Positions 15,925 through 23,587 of a DNA stretch of 32,000 nt are shown piece after piece. Origin of the DNA: an uncultured archaeon (GTDB taxonomy: Archaea > Iainarchaeota > Iainarchaeia > Iainarchaeales > Iainarchaeaceae); assembly GCA_964577555.1 (NCBI GenBank), contig CAZNZM010000001.1, positions 87,278 to 119,277 on the forward strand, read 5' to 3'. The notes beneath the pieces were generated by a model. That model was not told where the DNA came from, made no database searches, and saw only the letters and a list, made by a program, of their open reading frames with translations. The position numbers and the translations under genes were made by a program. The number at the start of each line of letters is the position of its first letter. Within the stretch, counting starts at the first letter, position 1.

Positions 15925-18487
15925 AGGTTTTGTTTTTTCAATGGATTCGCTTGTAGCTGCCATTGCTGTAGTTGGAGCAATAATTATTTTAAGCCAACAA
16001 GCTTATGTGTCGCTTGAAGTGGATGTGCAAACCCCAAAAATAACAGATGACGCTATTTTTTCGCTTGAACAAACAGGTTATTTAGCAAATACTTTGGATT
16101 CAAACAATGAAACAGAATCGGCAGTACTTATAAGGCAAAAACTGCTTGAAAGCCTTCCTCCCGGCTTTGACGCCAATGTCACCGTCACTACATATTATAT
16201 AGACAAACAAGCTTGTGCTTCGGAAAAAACTTTTGAAGCTTGCTTTCCAGATGAGAACAGGTTCAGTGGTTATGCTGGCGAACCGGCTCCAAAAGAAAGT
16301 TTTTCTTTCAAAAAATTTTTGTTAAGAAAGCAGGCGCCTGGTGATTGCAATGTTGCATACATGGTTTTTTCAGAACCTGAAGAAAAAATATTGGAAATAA
16401 TTACAGAATCTTATAATGAACACAAACCAGAAGCCTTGTTTGATGCAAATGCTATTAATGCAGTATTTGATGTAAATGTAAATCCTGACAATGAAATAGT
16501 ATGCGATCAAAACGTTAATGTTACTCTTTCAATCAGGATTCCGAAAGATGTCAGAAAAGCAGTGGATATTATGCAGGTTTTTGACAGAAGCGGTTCAATG
16601 AATGATTCAACGGTTTTAAGAGGCGAACTAGGCAAATTCACTTACAACCAAGGAACTTATACTTATTATCAGCCCCCGCCTACTTGTTCAAATTATGGAA
16701 ATTGGATTCAAGTTGGGTCTTTCTATTTAAGTTATGATCATTCTTCAGAACAAATTGTCAATGTGTATATGCATTATACTGGTTATGATGGAAATTGCAC
16801 TTATCCAAGGCTTAGGGTTAGAAGGCCTAATGGAAATTGGGTTCCTGGAAGCAGCGGCACTTCAAGTGCATCGCCAATAAGGGTTGGTATTTCCAGCGCA
16901 AAAAAAGGTACTTATACTGTTTGGGCTTGGTCTGATGAAAATATATGGTACGATATAAATGGAAGTGGTCCTGGAATGCCAACTGGTTCTTATGGAAGTG
17001 GTTATTTAAGCGGTGGTACATATACCTATAGTTATCCGCCAATACAATGTACTTCTTATTCAAATTGGCAGACAATTACGACTTTTAATGTTGACCAAAA
17101 CTTTGCCGCAATAGAACCTTCAATGTTGTTTAATAGGAAAAATTCATCATATACCGGTTCTTGTTCTGGTTCAAGGTTTAGAATAAAAAGGCCTAATGGG
17201 ACTTACGTGCCTGATATTAATGGAACGACTTCAACACAAATTACTGTGTCAAGCCCGACTGTTGGAATTCACACTATTGAAGCTTGGAGCGATAGAAACA
17301 TAACAAGCGATTTCAATGTTTATACAAGAAAACTTACTTCTGCAAAGGTTGCCGCAAAATCTTTTACTGATTCAAACTTATGGACTACTTCAGACAGCAT
17401 GGGTTTGGTTAGTTATTCAAGCAGTGCAACTTTGTCAAGAACGCTTCTAAAACTTACTGATTCAAACAAGGCTCTTATAAAAACTTCAATTGATTCTCTC
17501 ACTGCTTCAGGCACAACTGCTACTGGCGATGCAATAGCTTTGGCGACGCAAGAATTGCAAAGCCAAAGAGCAAACCCTCTAAGCATTAAATTTCAAGTAC
17601 TTTTGTCGGATGGGCAAAGCAACACTGGAATGTCTCCATTTACAGCTGCTGAACAGGCAAAAAATGCAGGAATAATAATATACACAATAGGTTTTGGAAC
17701 TGATGTAAATGCATATGAATTAAGTACAATTGCAAATATTACCGGCGGAAAATATTATTATACTTCTGACGCAAATACGCTTAATGAAATTTATCAATTG
17801 ATTGCTTTGGAAGTTGCTGAAATGGCAAACGATTCAAACGTTGTTGTGCCAATATATTCTGGAACTTTAATAGTAAACGACGGAAATGGGGTAATACAAG
17901 ACGGAAATTTGGTATTCAATGCAGGATCAATAACTGCAAGCACACCTTGGAGCACTACTTATACATTAAACTTTCCTTGTTTGAACCCCAATGTTTGCAC
18001 TGCATCAGCATTCACTTTTCCGGGCCCGGGTTCCATGTTTATATATGTTGACAGCAATGGAATTACAAGAAATGTTGATTTCAACGCATCAAAAACAGTT
18101 TCATTCAAAAAAAGAGATTTAAATGTAGAGTTTACCGGTGGGACTGTCTTGGGCAAAGACAATGTTGTTGTGGATTTGTTAGTGAAAAACACAGGACACC
18201 TTGATGCAAACTCAACCGACTTAAAACTATACCTGAATAGCTTGTTGTCTTCACCAAAACAAATAATCGAAGTTCCGCCGCTGTGTTCAACATATACGCC
18301 TGGTTGTACTAACAATAGTACAATATTTCAAGGCATAAACCTGGATTCCGAGGGTTTGATATACGGTTCTTTAAATGACGCCAATACTATAAGCGAGTGC
18401 CCAATAGGCAATATAGCTGCAATTAATTGTACTGGCGGTCCATTGACTCAAATATATTCAATAAAATACGTGATTTGGAGGAAATGA
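15887..18487 (+). CDS. Large prepilin-like protein carrying a vWA/MIDAS domain split by a tandem-duplicated insert, plus a CARDB/Ig-like C-terminal region
   Basis: N-terminus ...FIKADKG-FVFSMDSLVAAIAVVGAIIIL (GTG 15887, or TTG 15893 seven nt after GGGGGAG). MIDAS DRSGS at 16583-16597. vWA blocks GLVSYSSSA, LTASGTTATGDAI, VLLSDGQSN, IYTIGFG. The C-terminal segment DLNVEFTGG...VVVDLLVKNTGHLDANSTDLKLYLN is CARDB-like. Confidence 0.85.
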   Translation: MQLQDSLFIKADKGFVFSMDSLVAAIAVVGAIIILSQQAYVSLEVDVQTPKITDDAIFSLEQTGYLANTLDSNNETESAVLIRQKLLESLPPGFDANVTVTTYYIDKQACASEKTFEACFPDENRFSGYAGEPAPKESFSFKKFLLRKQAPGDCNVAYMVFSEPEEKILEIITESYNEHKPEALFDANAINAVFDVNVNPDNEIVCDQNVNVTLSIRIPKDVRKAVDIMQVFDRSGSMNDSTVLRGELGKFTYNQGTYTYYQPPPTCSNYGNWIQVGSFYLSYDHSSEQIVNVYMHYTGYDGNCTYPRLRVRRPNGNWVPGSSGTSSASPIRVGISSAKKGTYTVWAWSDENIWYDINGSGPGMPTGSYGSGYLSGGTYTYSYPPIQCTSYSNWQTITTFNVDQNFAAIEPSMLFNRKNSSYTGSCSGSRFRIKRPNGTYVPDINGTTSTQITVSSPTVGIHTIEAWSDRNITSDFNVYTRKLTSAKVAAKSFTDSNLWTTSDSMGLVSYSSSATLSRTLLKLTDSNKALIKTSIDSLTASGTTATGDAIALATQELQSQRANPLSIKFQVLLSDGQSNTGMSPFTAAEQAKNAGIIIYTIGFGTDVNAYELSTIANITGGKYYYTSDANTLNEIYQLIALEVAEMANDSNVVVPIYSGTLIVNDGNGVIQDGNLVFNAGSITASTPWSTTYTLNFPCLNPNVCTASAFTFPGPGSMFIYVDSNGITRNVDFNASKTVSFKKRDLNVEFTGGTVLGKDNVVVDLLVKNTGHLDANSTDLKLYLNSLLSSPKQIIEVPPLCSTYTPGCTNNSTIFQGINLDSEGLIYGSLNDANTISECPIGNIAAINCTGGPLTQIYSIKYVIWRK
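16652..17323 (+). repeat. Intragenic tandem duplication (two modules, 16652-17014 and 17015-17323) inserted inside the vWA domain
   Basis: The protein copies share GTYTY-x-x-PP-x-x-C-x-x-Y-x-NW ... YTG-x-C ... R-x-R-x-x-RPNG-x-x-VP ... G-x-x-T-x-x-AWSD-x-NI. Confidence 0.8.
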
Positions 18488-18488
18488 A

Positions 18489-19430
18489 GTGCAAAAAGGA
18501 ATTATTTTCACGATTATGGCTTTGGTTCTAATAGCCACAATAGCCACGCTATACATGTCAGAAAAAGAGGTAGAGAAGGGAAGGAGAGAAGCGTTGATTA
18601 AAAATAGTTCCTTCAACAAGGTGTCTTCAAAATATAGTGATATAAAACAAAGCATGCTTTCCTTGCCTTTGGCTGGAAAAGAAAAGGAAAACGCTGAAAG
18701 AATTCTTCCTTTTAATTATGGCGTTGACGGGAATTCTTTTTGGGTTGGCTTTGATTTGCCTGATTCAAGCAACAAGACACAAACTTATCTTGAAACCTTG
18801 AATGCTGCAAAAATTTTTTTGGACAATGAATGGAGAAGCGAAGGAGTTGCAATTAATGCTTCATTTCCATTGCCTTATTCTTGGGGTGCTACAAATTCAA
18901 GCGTTTCATTTTTAGTAATGCCGCAATGCATGAAATTTTTGTTAAAAGACGAAAACAACGTGTCTTTTGAATTCAAATGCCAAGATTATGAAATTTCAAA
19001 TGCAAAAAAAATTGACATAAACATATCTCTAAAGCCGGGGTTGGATTTCAATTCAATGGATTGCAAAATAAACGATTATTTGTCATGCAACCAAAATTAT
19101 GATTATAATAGTTATGACAACAGACCTTACATCAATATAAAATTCCTTGACCAAAATTGCACTTCTTGTTTTATTCCTTACAAAAAAATAAGAACACATT
19201 TTGACCCTTCTGAAGAAAATTTTTTGGAACTAAAATGTTCAGGCGCGAATTGCAAAAACCCGCCAATGGATATTAATTTTTCCAATTCTATAGAAATTTC
19301 TTATAGCGGGAAAAAAATAGAGGTAAAATACAACATTGATTTTAATTCAAAAATAACCGAGTTTTTGCTTGGTGATGCAAATTTTTCAGCCACTGATGTT
19401 TATTTCGGGGCAAGAAGGTGGAATAATTGA
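18489..19430 (+). CDS. Prepilin-like protein 5 (class III-type N-terminus), Cys-containing globular part
   Basis: GTG 18489 lies 7 nt after GGAGG (18477-18481) and 1 nt after the vWA gene stop. N-terminus MQKG-IIFTIMALVLIATIATLY. Six or more Cys in the C-terminal half. Confidence 0.7.
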   Translation: MQKGIIFTIMALVLIATIATLYMSEKEVEKGRREALIKNSSFNKVSSKYSDIKQSMLSLPLAGKEKENAERILPFNYGVDGNSFWVGFDLPDSSNKTQTYLETLNAAKIFLDNEWRSEGVAINASFPLPYSWGATNSSVSFLVMPQCMKFLLKDENNVSFEFKCQDYEISNAKKIDINISLKPGLDFNSMDCKINDYLSCNQNYDYNSYDNRPYINIKFLDQNCTSCFIPYKKIRTHFDPSEENFLELKCSGANCKNPPMDINFSNSIEISYSGKKIEVKYNIDFNSKITEFLLGDANFSATDVYFGARRWNN

Positions 19431-20512
19431 AAAATATTTTTTCAACCATTCTAGCTTTTTTTATAATTTTTTTTAGTGGATGCGCAAGCATATACGCGGA
19501 GCCACCTTCTTTAGAAGTCAATATAAAATCCGGACAATACATTGAAGGTGAAGAAATAAGTTTGGAAATTATTGCAAAAAATTCCCAATCGATAAAAATT
19601 TTTTTAGGAGAAAAAACCGAAGTTGTTGAATGCAACAATAATTATTGTTCAATAAGCAAAAAACTGAATTTAAAACAAGGTGTTTATAAAATAAAAGTCG
19701 TTGCAATAGGCGATGGCGGTAAAAAAGAAGAAACGGCAACAGTAGCAGTTTTAGGCTCTTCCAAAAGATGCGTAGAAGGATTGCTTGAAGGGCAATGTTC
19801 TTCTGAAAAACCGAAAATGTGCATTAATGGGGTTCTCAAGGACAAATGCTCTGTTTGCGGATGTGATAATGGGGCAAAATGCGTCGGAGAGTATTGCGAG
19901 ATTTTAATGCCAAAGGCAAGAAAAATCGAATTGGAATATCCTAAAAAAGTCGGAGAATCACAGCCTTTTAGAATTCTTGGAAAAATATTTTTTGAAGGTT
20001 TGGTTGGTTCAAAAAAAGCGGTTGTGAAAATTGTTTTAGGTGAAACCGAATTTATTAATGAAATTTTTATAAACACAAATGAAAAAATGGTTTCTGAATT
20101 TGAGGTTTTGATTCCTGCGATTAGGAAAGGAAAACATGATTTGAGAATTGAAATTTATGAAAACAATGAAAAAGAAAAACCGATAATAACTTATTTTGAA
20201 AAAGAAGCGATTTTAGTGGTTGAAAAGGGTGATAAATTGCCTGCTCCTAAAAACCTGAGTGGTTTTTCTGAGGGAAACGACATAATATTGAATTGGAATG
20301 AAGTTAATGGGGCAAACTCTTATAATATATACAAAAGCATTGATGCAAACCCTGCATTCATTTCCTATAAAGTAATCGGAGTTGCTTCCGGCGAAAATTC
20401 TTTTGTATTACAAGAACAAAAAAAAGGGACTCATTTTTTTGTGGTTACTGCGGTTGATATTTTTGGAATTGAAAGCGATTATAGTAACGTAATTGCCATA
20501 AATGTAAATTAG
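19427..20512 (+). CDS. Putative lipoprotein with Ig-like region, Cys-rich knot and C-terminal fibronectin type III domain
   Basis: The TTG start overlaps the upstream stop (TTGA). Lipobox-like FFSGC. Cys block CVEGLLEGQCSSEKPKMCINGVLKDKCSVCGCDNGAKCVGEYC. Fn3-like LPAPKNLSG...ILNWNEVNGANSYNIYKS...FFVVTAVDIFGIESDYS. Confidence 0.75.
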   Translation: MKNIFSTILAFFIIFFSGCASIYAEPPSLEVNIKSGQYIEGEEISLEIIAKNSQSIKIFLGEKTEVVECNNNYCSISKKLNLKQGVYKIKVVAIGDGGKKEETATVAVLGSSKRCVEGLLEGQCSSEKPKMCINGVLKDKCSVCGCDNGAKCVGEYCEILMPKARKIELEYPKKVGESQPFRILGKIFFEGLVGSKKAVVKIVLGETEFINEIFINTNEKMVSEFEVLIPAIRKGKHDLRIEIYENNEKEKPIITYFEKEAILVVEKGDKLPAPKNLSGFSEGNDIILNWNEVNGANSYNIYKSIDANPAFISYKVIGVASGENSFVLQEQKKGTHFFVVTAVDIFGIESDYSNVIAINVN

Positions 20513-20572
20513 ATGTTTATGCAAAGCAATAAATATTAAGTAATTCAACCAAGTATTAGCAAAGGTGAATAT

Positions 20573-21181
20573 ATGTCCCTGTTTGAAAAAATTGCAAAGA
20601 TTTTGCCTGGAAAAAAACCTGAAAATGAAAAATTAGAGCAAAGTTCAATATATGGTTCTAATGATACTGATATAAGCACTAAATATTCAAGCCAAAGCGT
20701 TGGAAAAAGCCCTGTGAATTCAATGAAAAACGATAAAATGCAAAGTTTTCAAGATAAAACAATAAATGAACAATTTAAAGAAAAGGAAATTAAGCTGCAA
20801 AAAAGAGTTGAGACTCTCAAAAATCCTCAAAAAATTAAAATGAACGAATTAAAAACTGAAAAAAAAGAAGTTCAAATTAAGAAAGAAGAGGAAAAAACGA
20901 ACAATAAAACTTATTTGGAAAACAATGAAAACAAAAATTTCATAGAAACCGACTTTGACAAAGTTGTTTCATATATAGCACAACATGGCAAAGCATCCTT
21001 TACTCAAATTTCAAGAGACCTTGGGCTTCCATGGAATAGAATTGAGGAATGCAGCAATATTTTAAGAAATGAAAAACAAATTGAAATTATTTATCTTCCT
21101 TTTGGCGATCCAATAGCAACGGTTGTAGGCTATTCTGAAAAAAACAAGGAAACGGATTTGAGAAGGCGCAGGGTGGCGTAA
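20573..21181 (+). CDS. Low-complexity protein with C-terminal winged-helix/HTH-like domain, translationally coupled to the pilus ATPase
   Basis: AGGTGA SD lies 4 nt before the ATG. The N-terminal two thirds is K/E/N/Q-rich. The C-terminal DFDKVVSYIAQHGKASFTQISRDLGLPWNRIEECSNILRNEKQIEIIY has wHTH spacing. The stop overlaps the next start (TAATG). Confidence 0.65.
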   Translation: MSLFEKIAKILPGKKPENEKLEQSSIYGSNDTDISTKYSSQSVGKSPVNSMKNDKMQSFQDKTINEQFKEKEIKLQKRVETLKNPQKIKMNELKTEKKEVQIKKEEEKTNNKTYLENNENKNFIETDFDKVVSYIAQHGKASFTQISRDLGLPWNRIEECSNILRNEKQIEIIYLPFGDPIATVVGYSEKNKETDLRRRRVA

Positions 21182-22689
21182 TGCAACAAGAAAAGCCTAT
21201 AAAAGAATATGAAATTTCTAATGGCAGTGCAAAATTTCTAATTAGAATTACTTATAAGCCCGGGGACTTTGTAAGAACCTATGAATTGGTGTTGCCTGAA
21301 TATGGTATAGGCACAAAAGCCCTTATTGAAAACATGAAAAGAGTAATAATATCTGACGAATCGCTTAAAGCAGAAAAAATGCTTGAAGCCAAGGAAATAG
21401 ACAGCATAAGAGCCATTTTTAAGGAAAAATCAGAGAAAATGCTTGAAAACGAACTTCCTAAAACTGATGAAAAAACCAGGAATATGCTTACTGAAATTCT
21501 GATAAACGAAATGCTGGGCATTGGTAAAATAGATTTTTTGCTTCTTGACGGAAACCTTGAAGAAATAGTTGTTAACAATTCGCAAGAACCTATTTGGGTT
21601 TATCACAAGGAATTTGGTTGGTTGAAAACCAATGTGGTGCCAGAGTCTGAAGAGCAAACTCTTAATTGGGCTAATATAATAGCAAGGCGTGGCGGGAAAC
21701 AAATCACCGTACTCAACCCTTTATTAGATACTCATCTTGTGACTGGAGACAGAGCTAATGCAACGCTTTTTCCAATTAGCAGCAAAGGTAATACAATAAC
21801 AATAAGGAGATTCAGACGGGAACCGTGGACGGTAACTGATTTTATAAGCAACAGAACAACAACCAGCGAAGTCATGGCTTTGATTTGGATGTGCATACAA
21901 TATGAAATGAACATGATTCTTTCAGGCGGCACTGCATCTGGAAAAACAAGTTTCATGAACATTTGTCTTCCGTTCATACAACCTAACCACAGAGTTATAA
22001 CAATAGAAGACACGAGAGAACTAATGTTGCCGGAATTTCTTCATTGGGTGCCAATGACTACAAGAGAAGCAAATGCTGAAGGAAAAGGCGAAGTTACGAT
22101 GCTTGATTTGCTTGTAAACAGTTTAAGACAAAGACCCGACAGGATAATCGTGGGTGAAACAAGAAGACAAAAAGAAGCGGAAGTAATGTTTGAAGCAATG
22201 CATACGGGGCACAGCGTATATACTACGTTCCACGCTAACACTGCTGAAGAAACCATAAGAAGATTTGTCAGTCCACCTATTGAAATACCGCCAACTGTTC
22301 TTGACTCAGTACATCTTAATGTAGTAATGTTCAGAAACAGAAGGCTTGGAGTAAGAAGGGTTTTGCAAGTGGCTGAATTCATTCCGGAAAAAAGGGGAAA
22401 CGAAGAAACTTTGAAAGCAAACACTCTTTACAGGTGGCACGCAGGCGATGACTCAATTACAAAAGATTCTGAAAGCATAAGGTTGTATGATGAACTTTCA
22501 TTGCACACTGGCTTGACTTATGATGAAATAAACAAAGATTTGACAATGAAGAAAAAAATTCTTGATTGGCTTGTAAAAAACGACATAAGACACATTTCAA
22601 AAGTAGGTGCTGTAATGGCTAAATATTATATGGATGAAAAAGAGATTTCCAGAATAGTTGAAAGAAACCTCAAACCTGATTTCATATGA
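21181..22689 (+). CDS. Type IV filament assembly ATPase (GspE/VirB11/PilB-ArlI superfamily, T2SSE)
   Basis: Walker A GGTASGKTS (21925-21951), Asp box ITIEDTREL, Walker B RPDRIIVGETR (from about 22141), His box GHSVYTTFHAN. The 502-aa length is typical of archaeal pilus/archaellum ATPases. Confidence 0.95.
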   Translation: MQQEKPIKEYEISNGSAKFLIRITYKPGDFVRTYELVLPEYGIGTKALIENMKRVIISDESLKAEKMLEAKEIDSIRAIFKEKSEKMLENELPKTDEKTRNMLTEILINEMLGIGKIDFLLLDGNLEEIVVNNSQEPIWVYHKEFGWLKTNVVPESEEQTLNWANIIARRGGKQITVLNPLLDTHLVTGDRANATLFPISSKGNTITIRRFRREPWTVTDFISNRTTTSEVMALIWMCIQYEMNMILSGGTASGKTSFMNICLPFIQPNHRVITIEDTRELMLPEFLHWVPMTTREANAEGKGEVTMLDLLVNSLRQRPDRIIVGETRRQKEAEVMFEAMHTGHSVYTTFHANTAEETIRRFVSPPIEIPPTVLDSVHLNVVMFRNRRLGVRRVLQVAEFIPEKRGNEETLKANTLYRWHAGDDSITKDSESIRLYDELSLHTGLTYDEINKDLTMKKKILDWLVKNDIRHISKVGAVMAKYYMDEKEISRIVERNLKPDFI

Positions 22690-23585
22690 ACAAAAAAAAT
22701 TTAGGAAAAATACCTTTTATGCCGATTCCGTCACAAATCATTATGGCTGTGACAAACAATTTTCTTGGCGTAGGCGGTGTCGTCTCAAAATTTTTTCCGA
22801 AATTGGAAGAATCTTTGGTTCAAGCGGATTTTGAAATACAAAAAGAAAGATATAGCGCGATTATAGCACTGGGATTTTTTATTTATTTAATACTTGGATT
22901 TTTAATTTGTTATTTATTTGCGATGCAATTTCAACCAAAAAACTCTTTTATAATAGGCATTCTTGGGGGTTTTTTTGCAGGAATTCTGGTGGCAATCCAA
23001 ATAGCTTTTTATCCTGCAATACAAGCAAAAAAAAAGATAAGAGGAATTGAAAGAAACCTTTTGTTTGGACTTAGAACAATATTGGTTGAAATAAAATCCG
23101 GAGTAACTCTTTTTGATGCGATTAATCTGGTTGCACAAGGAAATAATGGCGAATTAAGCAAAGAATTTTCCAAAGCGGTAAGAAAAATACAAACTGGAAC
23201 ATATCAAAACGTGGCGCTTGAAGAAATGGCTGAAAACAACCCGTCGGTTTATTTTAGAAGGGCAATATGGCAACTTGTTAACGGGTTGAAGTCAGGTGGA
23301 GACATAAGTACAATAATGCAAAGCCTTGTAGACGGGCTTTCAAAAGAAAAAGCCAATCAAGTGAAAAAATACGGCAATACGCTCAAACTTTTTTCCTTGA
23401 TGTATATGATGCTTGGAGCAATAATACCCGCCCTCGGAATAACCTTTTTGATAATACTTTCAACTTTCCCAAGCATGACAATAAATGAAACGGTTTTTTG
23501 GGGTTTGTTCGGATTTTTGGCTTTGGGGCAATTCATGTTCCTTGGCATGATAAAATCAGCCAGACCAAGCCTTCTTGGTGATTAA
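22686..23585 (+). CDS. Pilus platform membrane protein, single T2SSF domain (TadB-like half)
   Basis: ATGA overlap with the ATPase stop. TM helices flank the T2SSF-type block LRTILVEIKSGVTLFDAINLVAQGNNGELSKEFSKAVRKIQTGTYQNVALEEMAENNPS...IWQLVNGLKSGGDIS. Confidence 0.85.
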   Translation: MNKKNLGKIPFMPIPSQIIMAVTNNFLGVGGVVSKFFPKLEESLVQADFEIQKERYSAIIALGFFIYLILGFLICYLFAMQFQPKNSFIIGILGGFFAGILVAIQIAFYPAIQAKKKIRGIERNLLFGLRTILVEIKSGVTLFDAINLVAQGNNGELSKEFSKAVRKIQTGTYQNVALEEMAENNPSVYFRRAIWQLVNGLKSGGDISTIMQSLVDGLSKEKANQVKKYGNTLKLFSLMYMMLGAIIPALGITFLIILSTFPSMTINETVFWGLFGFLALGQFMFLGMIKSARPSLLGD

Positions 23586-23587
23586 AA

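Noticed and set aside
21279-22424. Several 90-127 aa - strand ORFs within the ATPase gene
   Set aside because: They are antisense to a gene with complete Walker A/B, Asp and His boxes, and they have no motifs of their own.
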